From positions 1 through 64,000 of the forward strand of contig LVLI01000226.1 of assembly GCA_001687465.1 (NCBI GenBank): a stretch of 64,000 nucleotides of DNA, read 5' to 3'. The position numbers were made by a program, and so were the translations under genes. Of this stretch, positions 12,801-26,036 are shown piece by piece; within the stretch, counting starts at the first letter, position 1, and every line of letters starts with the position of its first letter. The DNA comes from Halocafeteria seosinensis. Its lineage: Eukaryota. Below the pieces are notes generated by a model. The model made no database searches and had not been told where the DNA came from. It saw only the letters and a program-made list of their open reading frames with translations.

Positions 12801-15800
12801 CTTCCCTATCGTTTTTGCAGGAGATGTTCCCCACTGAAGTGAGTAATGCCCGTAACGTTTTAGCGCCCCTGGAGAACGTATTGGACGTTGTGTTTGTAGG
12901 CTCTTTAGTAGGAGAGGACAATTCTGTGAGGAAAAGACCCTTGGTGTGTCCAAAAGGGTACAAACTGGGCAAGCTTCCAGACTCTGTACTCAAAGACCAG
13001 TCTGCTGGATGTGGTGGTGACTTAACAGTGGATAGTGCAATCGACAACATTCGGGCACACTGGCTAGCGAGCGCCGTTCTCCCTACTTGGGATGGAACAG
13101 GCGAGGACGGATTAACGGTCTCCACCCTAGCCCTATCTCATGCAATGAGAGCGTTTGCCATAGCGGAGGCGTTTGGTTTGCAGAAGCTTATGGTTGAAGG
13201 TGCTATCGTCTTGGTGACTGTCTTAATTTGGCGAGCCAAATCCTTGTCTGAAAATTGTAAGGGCATTGCTGATAACGCGGGACTTCGCTTAAGAAGCTGG
13301 GGTGATGGCATTCAACAATCGTTTGCTTTTTTAATTGCCCAACGATGGTTTTCGCACCCAGTGAACACCGGAGGCGGACATAGCAATGTCAAAAGTGCTT
13401 TTGAAACCCTTGTGCACGCTGCGCACTTTATGGATCATGTTCAGGAGCATGTTGCTGAAGTTTGGGAATACAGCAGCAAGCAGTATCTACCTAGCAACAC
13501 GTTCGCTTGTGGTGATAACTTCGTTACTTTCCCTAGTACGCTTGCATGCTACTCAAGATGTTTTCTTGGAAAATTATGGGAAATGGTCTCAGGGATGGAA
13601 CTGAAGGAATCTCTTTTACGCGAAATGATGTTTGTCTCGCGCGTAAGACTAGACGACCACTTGGGCATATATGACTACACCGTGAGGGATAATACTCGTT
13701 TCGTGCGGACAAATAAATTAGCAGCCACGCAGTTATTCATTCCACCGTACTCAGACGAATATGTTCCACACCTCAGGAATCTTGTGGAAAAGCTCAGCTC
13801 GGCCCACTCAGATTTAGTGTCCGAAGCATCTCCTTCTCTGGTTGCGCGGAGGCTGTTTGTGATAGGAAACTGCCTCCAACGCCTGAGCTGTAGCATGGAT
13901 CCGAGTCCCGCCTTGGAGAGCCTTGTTGAGGTAACACCGGATGAAGCACACGGTGAATTATTTCAATGCTCACTTCCCGAATTTTTGTGGTGGTGTAGAG
14001 ATACAGTATGCGAAGACGAAACCTCTCTCACGTTGGTTCACTTTTCCGTGGCTTGCGTCTCCTCGGTTCCCGTCGCGGCGAAGTTCGAACCTATCCCAAG
14101 GGGTACTCTCGAAGAAGCAAAGGAGTTTCCAAAAGACGCGAAGGCTCCGAAACAGTCGAACAGTACAGGAAAGCAGAAAAAGGAAAAGAAACCTGACAAA
14201 AAGGATGCACAATACGAAACGTGGCCCAACAGTGAGCAATGGCAGGACATATGCGGTGTCGACGACGCATTCATTGAGTCGTATAAACTTAATGAGGTTC
14301 TTGCGGACTTGGGTGTTGGTTTATCCTTTAGTGTTGAATCAGACCCGAGATCTCTTTTATTAGATAGCCCGATTTTACATTTATGCTTGCTGAAGCACTG
14401 CAACGTTCCAGTACAAGCAGGTCTGAGAGCCCTGGGAGTGTCTCTCCTAGACAATCCAGGTGTATCCCTTGGAGGTGCTGTTCGAACTACTAAGGTGTTG
14501 GACCGTTTACGGCAAGCCGAGACTTCGCAAAAGAGCATAGAAACTTCTAGCACAAAACCATCAAAACCTTCTGGAAAGGGTGATAAAGATAAGAGTGGCC
14601 GCAAGAAAGCCGAGCCTATAAGTGAGAGCCAGTCTCTTGAATGCAGCTCCGTGCAGTCTTATCCGTTGTTATATGAAAAGCGCCAAACGATTAGTAGTCA
14701 TATTTCATGGCGTCTCTCGGAGGCCGGTTGCAGTTCTGTTTTGCCGAACGAAATTGTGGATCAGCTGGGGTTGATAGGACCGCCTAAATGGTTTGGACCG
14801 GATACTCAACGTGGACACATCGTGTTGCCGGGGTTCGGTGGGAAATCCTGCACTATTCATGAGCTTGTTCAAAATTACACACGGGAATGTGGCTTCAAGA
14901 TTGATGGAGTGTGCCCACTCAAACTTCGAATTCCTCATCAGGTATCAAATGATCATTTAATGGCTCAGGTTGCGCTCAAAAGTGCTCTTTGGTCGTCTAT
15001 TTCGATGGGTGACTGGGTAACGGCCGGAGACAGTGCTCTGCGGTTGGCAGAAACCACGGGGACCGTTTTCCCGGGCAGGACATTTGCCGGGTTAGCACTC
15101 TATCAAAGTGTTCGTGCGCGTCAGCGAATGGTCGGTCTGCTACTGAAGATTGCCCGATATAGCACACCGTTTTCTCAAGGTGACGAATCTAGTGATACAT
15201 CCGTCCCGGAATTTGATTGCGGGGCTCCGTCGTTCATCATCAAACTAAGAAAGCTAAGTAGGCATCAGTTTGACCAAGGAATTGAGTTGGGCTTCACTCC
15301 AAACGAAAACGCAGAGCTGATGGCTTTGAGTGAATGCTTAACCTCTTGCTGCTCAAAGCCGTCCAATGCTGGCAGCACATCCTACCCACAATGTTCCGAA
15401 AACGCATTTGTCGCTTCCAATTCTCACATGGCAGCGGAACCCGCCTCCAGCAGAAGGCATTGCAGCGACGTAATAGAGTGTCAGCGGGAGTTGAACCAGA
15501 CGTTGCCTTTTCAGCTACTGGACTGTTCCCGTCCATTCCTGGATGCTATAAGGAAAGTACCCACTGACCATATGGTGCTCCTAATCCAATGTGATCATAG
15601 TAGTGACTCCGTTTACATCTCCCTTGCCTGGAGGGAATCAAAAGCATCCGTGGGGCTATGTGAACAAGAGCTGTCAGACCAAGATTTTACCATTCATGAC
15701 ACTAGTGATGGAGATGTGACGGGTCTTCAGACTGTTGTTAGGAAAATCCGATGGACTCCAGAAGCGTTTACAGAGATGCAGTTCCTGATCGATCAATTTC

Positions 15801-17476
15801 AACAGCTTTCGAAATCTTCGTCTCGCCTCGTGTCGCAGTTTGACCAACGGGTACAGGATATAATTAGATCCCCTAAGAATGGCACGCCTGAGGATTATCC
15901 CTCCGAAGCGCTTTCGAACGCTACGAAAAACGCGTATTCCCCTCAAGATGATGATGAGGCCATTGATGTTCGTGAAGAAATGCAGCGTCATTTCTTAGAG
16001 TTACAAGAATGCAAACTCTCTGGGACTGCAGATAATGACGAATCATGCGTAACGGCCCAGGACGATCTGGAGGAAAGACTGGAAGCTCTGTTGAACCGTC
16101 TAGAGAAACTCATGGATCCCCTCTTTTCAGGAACATGCGATACAATCGGAAATATTCTCAAAAAGAGCGAGAGTCCCTTGTTGTTGCTGCTAGATCCAGA
16201 ATTATCTGAACTTCCTCTAGAAGCGTTAACCTATATGAGGAATCACGCAGTGAGCAGAGATCTGTCACTGCAATTTTACTCCAACAGAATGGCGTTGTCT
16301 CATGCGACCACCGATAGGGATGGTGTAGTGCATCGGAGGGCCTGGCTTCAGTCTGGCCGGTGCACTGAAGCAGCGAGTAGCGATGTGTTTCAGGAGAATC
16401 TGCAGTCTATGGACAATCCCTCTTCAGAGCCAAGCTCGTCGTCCGTCGCAGCAGATGATCTTCCAGTTCAGCGCCAGTTTCCGTCTCACATGCCTTGCGC
16501 GGAAGCGCTCTTGTGGAGCGTCAAAGGATTTACTGTCCCCGCGGAAGATGGTTCCAGCAATATCGACTACCTGAATGCGTGGATGGGAAAAGAAACCGAC
16601 CAACTGGAAATCACTAAGAGCGGTATAGACAATTACGTTAGTGGATGTGGACCAGCAGATTCATCGTCGGTGTTTTTTGTCGTAGACCCCAAAAAGGAGC
16701 AATTTGATGACGTAGCTGGACACGAAGAAGATATTTCGCATGAAAATACAGCTTTTCAGTTATCCTCGAAGTTCCAATCAGAGTTTTTGAAAGATTCTCA
16801 GTGGATGGGGTATTGCGGCACCGATACTATTCCAACAGAAACCCAATGGGCAAGGTTATTCAATGGGCAAGTATCATCCAGCTCTGCTGTTTTGGGGAAA
16901 CAGGCCAATAGAGATGGCTTTGAGGGCGGCATGTTTTCGTTCTCAAAGTGGCAAGGGGGGGTTGTCACTCTTCTACCAGGACACATTTTTAACAACGTAT
17001 CGCCGCTCCACTTTCTAGACCTGGACTGCCGACGCTGCAGGTTTGCGGTACTCGGAGACCTTGTTTCTTCGAGTAAATGTGAAAAACGGCTGGCCCGTCT
17101 CCGGAACTCTCAATTTGCCGAAACACAACAATTCGAAAGCCCATGGGAAACTGCTGCATTGCTGTCATTAAGTGGAACGAATACAATTGTAAAGAACCGA
17201 TGGTCCCTCAGCCCTTCTACTGCGTATCGCTGGTTCTCGGAAGTCTGGCGGCGGTCAACAACGTCCACAGAAACCGCTGCGTCGGTTCCTCTTAGCAAAG
17301 CTGTGCATCTTCGCTCTCAAGAAAAGGTTCCCGTTCGTAATGGGGCAATTAGCTCGAAGCTGAGGGTGGCGTACAATCCTGTTGTGTATGGGTTGCCTCA
17401 GCTTTCCTTGGACAACCTACAGAGGTCGACGGAGAAAAGCAGTGAAAAGAAGAGTCGAGGAAAAACAAAAAAGTAG
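3851..17476 (+). CDS. CFAP46: Cilia- and flagella-associated protein 46 (central-pair C1d, TPR-like), ~4516 aa; exons 3851-4363 and 4439-17476
   Basis: A GT-AG intron at 4364-4438 joins NPPQDQ|FYSRAL in frame. FLVYNGSVFHWHAARPL matches the CFAP46 N-terminal motif FLVYNASVLYW. The C-terminus has LLLLDPELSELPLEAL..VSRDLSLQ and YNPVVYGLP. Confidence 0.85.
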
Positions 17477-17559
17477 AAAGCCATAAGTGAAAAATGTTGT
17501 GGGTACAATACACACAGTAACCCAATAATTTTCCATTAGCGAACTATTGTTTTTTCCAT

Positions 17560-19612
17560 TTACTGCTTCCGCCGTTTCACGTTCGCCGTTGAATTCCCTT
17601 GTCGTTTTCTGGTTCGAGCCTGAGTTCTTCTCGCTTCGGCGGTTTCCTTTTTCATCTTATGCTGTGCTTTCTTTGAGTCCACAAGCGTGACTGCTTCTTC
17701 ATCGTCAGAGGGTAGTGACTCATTATCACTCTCCTCAGCCCATTCCTCTGCCCACTGCCTTGTTGAACGGCCTTGAGCGCCGTCCTCCTCTGAGGAACTG
17801 GACTCTACGTCATCTTGCTCCCGTGAATCTTGTACGTCATCATCGGATAGTAGGCTGTTTGCATCTTCCGAAAATTCCTCCGATCCACCCTGATTTACGT
17901 TTCTGTTGTACTGGGCATTCTCATCTAAAGTCTTCCAGAGACTAGAATCCTCATCAGAACTTGAATTATCGCTATCCTCATGGTCGTGTAGAAATTTACT
18001 TTGAGGACTTGCACATGCATATTGCGATGATGAAAATGCAGCGGGAGATTCACCCGGCGCCCACCGTTGGCTACGTCTCGCGTCCAGGTTCCCGTTGTCC
18101 GGGTTTCCGTTGTCCGCATTTCCTTCCTTTCTTAGTCGTTTGGCCACATTTACTGCGGTAGAGTTCGAACTAGAGGGTATTCCCTGCTCGGTATGTTTCC
18201 TCTTCATTTCTGAAGTGAAAAGTACTGACGTTATCTTCTGTTTCATGTACACTCGTTTCACAAGTGTTCGTGTTTCAGTGTGATGCACGAAAAGAGAGCG
18301 CCCCAATCCTACCGAAGCCACAAGTGGTAGCCGAGGATGCAGCGCTAGGTCCCGAATGGAGCCAGCATGTCCTTTATAGGAGCACAGTAATTTCTGATTG
18401 CGTAAATCAAACCTATGCAACTCCCCTGTAGTATCGCACACGTACACATAGTTCTTATCATGTGCACAGATAAGGCGATTAAATGGCCATTCACCATGGC
18501 CGAATGAATAAACGGGGCGTTTTCTCTCACGGCTATCGTAAAGACGGACGTATCCATGTTTCCCGCATGTTACTACAAGTCTTCCTTCAGATTCCCTAGG
18601 AAAGTTCTGCAGATTCGAGCCATCGTTTCCCGCTTCCCAAAACTGAGCATCAGTATCCCAGTATGGAACTCTCATGTTTAGATTATTGTGACGAACGTTC
18701 TTGCTGTCAAAGAATTGCTTCTGGGTTTCCATATCCCATAGGCGGAGTAGATTCTCCTTCCCTGCTGTTGCAATGACGCCTCCTGGGGAATGAGACCTCA
18801 CGACTTCCATGTTGCTTCCGGTGGAGAGGCAAAATATGGGACTTGTCCCGGACTGCGAACCCAAATCAAAGAGTCTAACAGCACCATCATGAGTACCGAC
18901 AAGAAATTTAGTTGGGTGTCCTCTGCATAGGTAAACTTCATTCGAGCTACCCCATACCACAATACACAGAAACGACAAACCCTTACCGTGGGAACTGAGT
19001 CTGTGTGCCGGACGCCCCAGAGGGCAATACTTCAAGACCCACGCAAGTTTGTGATGGGAGTGGCCTGACGGCAGCCGGTGTCAGTTTCGATAAATCGTTT
19101 CTTGAGTTATCATCATTAATTTGCTTCCCATTCTCATGAGTTTTCCCCCTATTTGCATTTCCAAACGGGCTTTCTATAGCTTGGAATTCATGTGCCAAAT
19201 TCTGAGTCGAACTTTCCCACGTTTGCACCACACCACTCCTGCGAGAAGCAATGATAAGCGTAGCAAATACATGCAGGTTATTCCCAATCGGATTCTTTCT
19301 TAGTACGAAGCAGAAGCTATGAAAAAACCAATGAACACACAATAAAGGATGGGAGTCAGGATAAACAGTGACACATTACCTGTTGATGCTGGTCAAGTAC
19401 GCTTCTCTAGCTTTGTACTCTCGTTTTCTGTTCTTAGAATCGTCACCTTCTGGGTGCTCTCCTCTATGAACAGGAGCATCCACCTGTCCACTCCATCTCA
19501 TATGTATAATACCATTCCTTCGGCTCTGTATACCCCATCGAATGGCGTGCTCTTTTTCCAAGGAGACATCCTTATAGAGCCCAGTCTCGTCGCCTGTTAA
19601 TAAGCGCACCAT
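17560..19612 (-). CDS. WDR74: WD40 ribosome-biogenesis protein WDR74/Nsa1; introns 19379-19239 and 18986-18923
   Basis: N-terminus MVRLLTGDETGLYK; ATAGKENLLRLWD; KNVRHNNLNMRVPYWDTD; VRLYD..RKRPV; YKGHAGSIR; VASVGLGR; acidic/basic tail. Confidence 0.9.
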
Positions 19613-20065
19613 CTCGCTAAAATAGCATAGGAATTTGCTCTAACCTGCTCGCCTCTAGACAGACATAAGCACCCGATGCGCGAGGTCTATCTACTAAATG
19701 CACCGAGAGTCAGCTTTGTGAAGCTAAGTTCCGGTCTGGACCGTCTGGCCGCCGTCACGTCACGCGGCGCCGTGGCACAATGGATTGGCGAGTTGGTGCA
19801 ATGGCCACCGTAACTACGTACAACGGTTGTGGCATCCCTAGTCCCGCAACGTGTATTGCTATTTTGGTGGAGAAATGTTCTGGAATCGTATATGGGCGAC
19901 GGACGGAGTCCCTCGCAAACTCTTGATACCAGTGGTAACTCAGCACTCCACCGACAAATAACGTCTTCAGTAACACCATCCATACACTGCAGCAGGGTGA
20001 ATTAGCTAAGCATCCATATACCATATTGTTGCTGCATTTCAATTTGGGCAACCAGAAGGCAGGAA

Positions 20066-21149
20066 CTACCGATATCTCGAGATACGCGGAAAGAGTCGCA
20101 GAGTGTTTTGGAACACCGTTTGGACAACGTGATCCAACGGGACGTCTTTCACCCTCGCTATTTCGCGAGCTGAGATTAGTACATTCGAAGGTACGTTACG
20201 CTCGTTCTTGTTAGGGCCGAGAGCTGGAGAATCCGTCTCGAGCACAATTTGACTTAAAGGTAGCGCCTGAAGCAGTTTCTCTTTTTGTCCCGAACGCACA
20301 ATTGATGGGGGTATACTGAAGAAGTGGCCCTTCTCGGCGGCGTTTTTGGCATACTTAGCTTTGCCATCGAATGCGTGTAACAGAGATGGAGGGGCGCCAT
20401 GTTCCAGCAACATATCAATAGCATAGTGCTGCAGCTACACAAATCAAACTCAAAACATTCTTGAGAGGGCAAAGACTGCTGAATTGTCTTACCCCAGCGC
20501 TTCTACTGTGCACATTTAGTGGTAGATGTAGTTCTTTTGCCAGCTCTATTTGCGCCGCAAATACCTCTCGCTGGGCCTGTTTCACAGCGTGCTCCGATTT
20601 ATCATCTGGAAAGCCGTGCTCTCGAATGTACGGATCTGTCGGTTCTTCCGAATCTCTCCATGAGGTTACACAACGAGGTGTAAAGTCGAGCCCCACTTCG
20701 CCGATCCCTGCAACACAACAAATCCTCGGTGTTGGGACCCCGACTGAAACCGAAACACACCATCAGAATTGCTTACCAACTATTTCATCAGCGTATCGCC
20801 GAATAGCATCCAGCATAGGCTGGCTTTCCTTAAGACCGGTTACGGAGCGTATCTCATGCTGTTCGGGATGCATTCCCAGACAAGGCAAAATGACGTTCTT
20901 GTATGCTGAGTCCCTCGAGAGATTCACAACTTTTTCGATGTCCTCCACCCCGCTAGCCACCGCGAGAATGTGCGATACATCAGATTGACGTCTTGCTTGT
21001 TCAACAACATCCATCCGGTCCTCATCAAACACTGCGTCGGTTATGTGACAATGACAGTCAACGAATTCAGACTCGGGTATACTCTCCTCATCATCTTCCT
21101 CATGAGCTTCTTCGCTAGACGGACGATAGGCTCCTTCTTCGTTACTCAT
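20066..21149 (-). CDS. TatD-family metal-dependent nuclease (TATDN3-like), spliced
   Basis: [40 protein letters not shown] and VLETDSPAL are spread over ORFs 20763..21200, 20415..20696 and 20066..20413. Confidence 0.9.
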
Positions 21150-21696
21150 CACATTGAATGCGCATTCAGGCCCAAATCTCTCCTCAACAAACAAGCGCAC
21201 CTCTTACGAAGTCTGATCCATCAAAACATTTGCAACAAACCCTCTTCACGCTTCTGTTACACGATTATCACGATGGGATGATTCCAGCGTTGAAGTTGTT
21301 GTGAAGTTGCCCACGGACGACCTCCAGTGGTGAACCACCTTTTGGGCCATACAGCACAACTTGAAAGCAATGACACACTCAACTATGGGATAAACAAATA
21401 CAGCTCGCCAATGGGTCATATTTGCTTTCGCATGATCGTCGGCGTTAAATTCTCCAGATTCTCAGAATTGCGAGCAGACGGTTAGGGTTAAACGTGGAGT
21501 CCGCCGTGGACGCTGCGTCTGCCAGCCTGCGTGGTGCACTGTTCCCACATGAACTTCACGGGGGAAACTTAGAAAACGGGCAAAACCACAATGTACAGGC
21601 TATGAGCGACCACCTAGGTAGATTTGGAGTGCCAGTTACTGTAACTAGTAGGATAGAGCTTTACTGTGGCTCAAGAGGATTCCATATTGTGGGACT

Positions 21697-22668
21697 ATGT
21701 CTGGCGCAGAACAGACAACCATCAATGTCGTGTTGTTCAAAGAACCAGGTGCGTACGGGCATTACTCCTATCCAAAGTATGCAGAATGAGTCATGAGTTG
21801 AACATGTGCAGATCAAGAGTATATAGACGCGTTGCGCCAGTATCTCCCGAACAGGAGAGTCATGTGCACTGAAACCCAAAGCGACGAGAGCAGCCGTGAA
21901 GATGATGTGTACGTCAGCTTTTGTCCCCTCCTCGGATTTGAATTCTGTGGGACAGATTCTATTGTGAGCGCATTGGAGAGTATTGAGAGAAAGGAAACGA
22001 AGTACGATGCTGTCATATTGACCAGTCCGCGCGCGGTAGAAGCACTCAGTCAGGCCCTAGGCAGATTCAGCGCTCAGGAACTCGATGTAGTCGTCTCTGC
22101 TTTATCAGGCGACACAACTCTCTACTGTGTCGGGAAAAAGACTAGTCAGAAACTAGAGGAACTTGGATTTAGCAATATACGAGGAAAGGGTTGTGGAAAC
22201 GCGGATCAACTTAAACAATTCATAGAAGATGATTTCGCGGAACGACTAAACGAAACAGAGCAGCAACCAACGTGTCTATTTTTGTGCGGCGAAAAGCATC
22301 GCCCTGCCATTCCGTCACTTGAAAACGATGGTATTTTATTGAAGCAAATAATAGTGTATCGGTCGCATTCGCGTAGCTCGGAGAAAATTACTAGTGACTT
22401 ACGACGGCATAAGATCATCCGCGAGGGCTCTAGCGGGGAATGGACGGAGCGTCGAACAATATTATGCATCTTCAGCCCGAGTGGAGTCCAAACCTTGAGC
22501 ACAGCCGGTATACTGACGTCTCATACGGGCCATAAACCTCAAATAGTCGCTATCGGCCCTTCGACGGAACAAGAGCTGGAGACCGAAGCAGTTCCCTGTA
22601 GCAGAGTCTCCAAAGAACCATCACCAGAAGGGATAGGCGAGTCCGTGGCAGCTCTGTTGTCTTGGTGA
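21697..22668 (+). CDS. UROS: Uroporphyrinogen-III synthase (HemD); intron 21749-21811
   Basis: Exon 1 MSGAEQTTINVVLFKEP splices to DQEYIDAL. Motifs: VILTSPRAVEAL, YCVGKKT, GNADQL, LFLCGE, IFSPSGV, AIGPST. Confidence 0.9.
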
Positions 22669-22780
22669 AGACAAGCGATAGAACATTAAAATTGTATTCT
22701 CTATTGCCGCTCTCCTCTTTGCAGGCGCGCTGTAGCGCATTTCTATCATTGATGCTGGCAGATTATGCAGAACTAATTGT

Positions 22781-23938
22781 TCACCACCACTTTTCGAAGC
22801 AAATTTTTTCCGACGGGAGCATTGCCGAGGACAAGAGAGTGTCGTTAATGGTATCAGTCATCACAGGGGGGCCACAAAGGAACGCAAGTGTGTCGCATTG
22901 AAGGAAAGGAGGGGAAACACTAGCTTCCAATAAACTCCGATCAATTCGACCCTGATGCATTACGTTAGCGTTGAATAGGCTCTCGGTGTTCTCTTCGGCA
23001 GTGGACCCTCCAGAGGTTGAAGCCGTCTCAGTGAAATGCACTCGAAGCCTGTCGCTCCCCACTTTCTGCTGCATTGCTTTGAGTTCACCGGCGAAGAGTA
23101 ATTCTTCCTGCGTTTTTGCGCTATAAACTAATGTTAGCGCGCTACTAGATTCCCTCCCCTCCGATGTAATCGTCAGCCATTCATACCACTGCGCCAGTAT
23201 AGAATGCAGCGGTGTGAAACCAATACCACCAGTAACAAGCAATAAGTGCCTCCTTCTACGGTGCTCATCTTCGTATATGTTGTAACAGAATTCTCCTCCT
23301 ATTCGTAGAGCAACTTGCTGTCCCACTGAGGCGTGGTTGTGCACCCAATATGCTGGAGGGTGGTACGCGTGTTTCACAGCCAGGGTAATATATGGCAGCT
23401 CTGACGGTTTCGACAGTATGCTGAAGCCCCCTATGATATCAACCTCGGGTATAAAAAGATCAACCTGTAGTGGGGACGGTGTGCGATAATTCTTCCCTCG
23501 TTCTCAAGGAAACAGATCCCCTCCTACGTACCCATTGGCCACATTTGAAAGAGCAGTCTTGTAAGTCCTCAGCACGCAACTGAATCAGCCGTACAGTGGG
23601 AGTGATGTCTTCCAACTTAACGATCCTAGCCGGAACAGGATCTTCCTGCAGAGGCCACCTCCACATTCATCGTGAGATACAATTGACCCAGAAAGCGATG
23701 TGCCAGAGTTTGTTGTACTTACGCGATTCCGAGAGGCGTTTGCGGTAATGGTGGCATGGTCTCTTTCATGGTCGCCGCTATAGTTTTCCAGGGCGCTCGT
23801 GTCCACAGTATAATCCGGTTGTTGGGAATGGAAAGAAAAAGAACGGAATAGAGGTTGTATACTTCGCCTAATCGGCCTCATATACCTGTGAAGGCTCCTA
23901 TGACGACAGGACGCCGCTCTGACGCAACCTCCCCACAT
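22781..23938 (-). CDS. OXNAD1: FNR-like oxidoreductase NAD-binding domain protein, spliced
   Basis: FKCGQWVDLFIP, GGFSILSKP, LAVK...HPP, RIGGEF, GGIGFTPLHSI, LVYSAKT, FLCGPP, ICFEKWW; Arg/Ser-rich presequence-like N-terminus. Confidence 0.85.
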
Positions 23939-24346
23939 CTTACACACTATGCTTCTCTCCCAGAAATCGACCTAAATGAAGCAGCATCCTATCATAATTT
24001 CTACAAAATACACTCTTATCTATCATAAAGGTCCATGACGCTCTGTTGAGGATCGCGTGTGTCACTGACCTCTACCTTCACAACGCACCCAATGGAAGTG
24101 GATGACGTCACGGAAGTTGCAACATACCCTTGATGGAAGAAACGGCAGTTAACGACATGACCATGGAATTAGCACCACGGGTGAATATATTGCATGCTAC
24201 TAGAACTTTTGCAGAAATACAGCGTAGTACCTCTGAAGTTGTGAATTTATGTCGACCAAGGAAGCGTGATTCACGCTCTCTGTGTGCAGCACACTCCTCT
24301 CGAAACAAGAGGAACGGACGTCACGTTGATCGGCTTGACTAAATAT

Positions 24347-25541
24347 TCAACCATTTTCCTCAAGTTTTTTCTCTAATTCTTCGAATTCTGCTTCATTAAC
24401 TTTGTCCAGCGGCGTGTCGGTGACCTGCAACGGAGTCAACGAGTGATACTACATTGCTAGACCAGACATCACCACCTACCTGTTCTATGCCTTCAACCTC
24501 CGGAACGTAATACATCAACATCTGCTCTACACCATTATACAACGTTTCTGTGCTTGAGGCACAGCCCACACAAGACCCTGCCAACCTCAGTTTCACTCTG
24601 CCATCCTCAAACCCTCTGCATACCAGGATATTTCGATAACGACGCCGCTTCTGGCCACACATAATTTATTGTAACGTACACATAGAATAAATCGCCACCG
24701 TCTTCTTGAACGGTTGGTCTTATCCTTGTATCAATAATCTCTTTTATCATGGCTACCACTTCATCCTCATCCTCATCTGCACAGGAATGCCAGCCCCGGT
24801 TAAAAGCATAGGAAGCAAGAGGACCAGACGAAACATACCATCTTCACCAGTATCGTCTTGAGCGTATACAAGAGGTTCATCGTTTTCGATTGCATCGGAA
24901 ATCGTCTTTTCAATTGTTTCCTTCATCTCTTCCCAAGTGCTTTCAGGAGTCTTGTTCACACTGACAAAGTCAGCTCCGAAAAACACGCTGGTTATTTTAT
25001 CTGTACCACATGCTTCAAATATTTTCTTGGCAATTGGAGCCACATCATCTGTTTCTTCTATAGAGCTGAAATGCTGCACAACCATTGATCAGATCGACTC
25101 TTGCCATGATCCCTTAAACCGTAAACACGAGCAGCGTCACAGTACCTGCCCAGAAGCCTCTAATTCATGATCTGTCAGGACGAATTTCAGACTGTTCTCA
25201 TTCGGAGTGTCTTCGACCGTCACATGTTTGGCTACAGTGCTAGTATCGTCGTCCAACAGCGAAGCTGCATGGAGGTAAGTAAGAATATGGAAGTTCAGCA
25301 GCCAACATCACAAAGAACTGGACCTACTTGTTTTGCTAATTCCTCGTGCCTGATGCCTCAGCGGAAAAGACAAACCAGTAATTGGCCTCTGTTGTAAGTT
25401 CAGGCACCCGAAAGTCCCGTGTATCCCGCTGCAATACAATCGTGTACTATGGTTCCTGGCAGACCGCGATGTGGTGCGCGTGCCGTGTACACGCCACGCT
25501 TTGGAAGCAATGCTTCGGACGCTGTTTGCTCGCAACATCAT
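24347..25541 (-). CDS. NFU1: NFU1-type mitochondrial Fe-S carrier, paralog A (Nfu_N plus NifU-C), spliced
   Basis: Arg-rich presequence; [63 protein letters not shown]. Confidence 0.88.
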
Positions 25542-26036
25542 GACGAAAGCTGAAACGAGTATCGACTTCACTGTTATAACAACATAACCAATCATTTAAC
25601 ATCGTGTATGTTTAGTTCTTCTGGAGAAGGCCGCCCCCCTTGGCGAACTTCAACCTGTAAGGAAGAGAGGCTCAGAGTTTTGTACGCACGGTCCCGACTG
25701 TGATGGCTTGTATATTTATTATATAATTGTGTATCGTTCAATGATATTCAAAACAGTGCCTTGCAACTCACCTGCAAATTTCCATCCTCATGTCCTGTAC
25801 AATATATATATATACCACGTGGTACAAGTTGTACATTGGGATTGCTCTCTGCTGTTTTAAGGTACAACAATTGTAGACTACTACAATATCTGCTAAGAAC
25901 GAACCAAAGAGCGTGACGCCGTGAAACTGGACATAGCGTATTTTTGAATGGTCCAAGTACTTCAACGGGGGTTATACAATGCCGCGCGGTTGCACCAAGG
26001 TTCCGGGAACCACTGAAAATCAAAGGAGTCCAAATA

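Noticed and set aside
5071..17298. Many short alternate-frame and antisense ORFs inside CFAP46
   Set aside because: These are shadow ORFs of a long coding exon with no recognisable motifs.
16170..17400. Separase/CHAT-like look of the giant ORF C-terminus
   Set aside because: The N-terminus matches CFAP46, and I see no His-Cys catalytic dyad motif.
19239..19379. WDR74 intron 1 contains cttcgtactaag (minus strand), similar to the MAK16 snoRNA guide
   Set aside because: No box C/D or terminal stem; probably chance.
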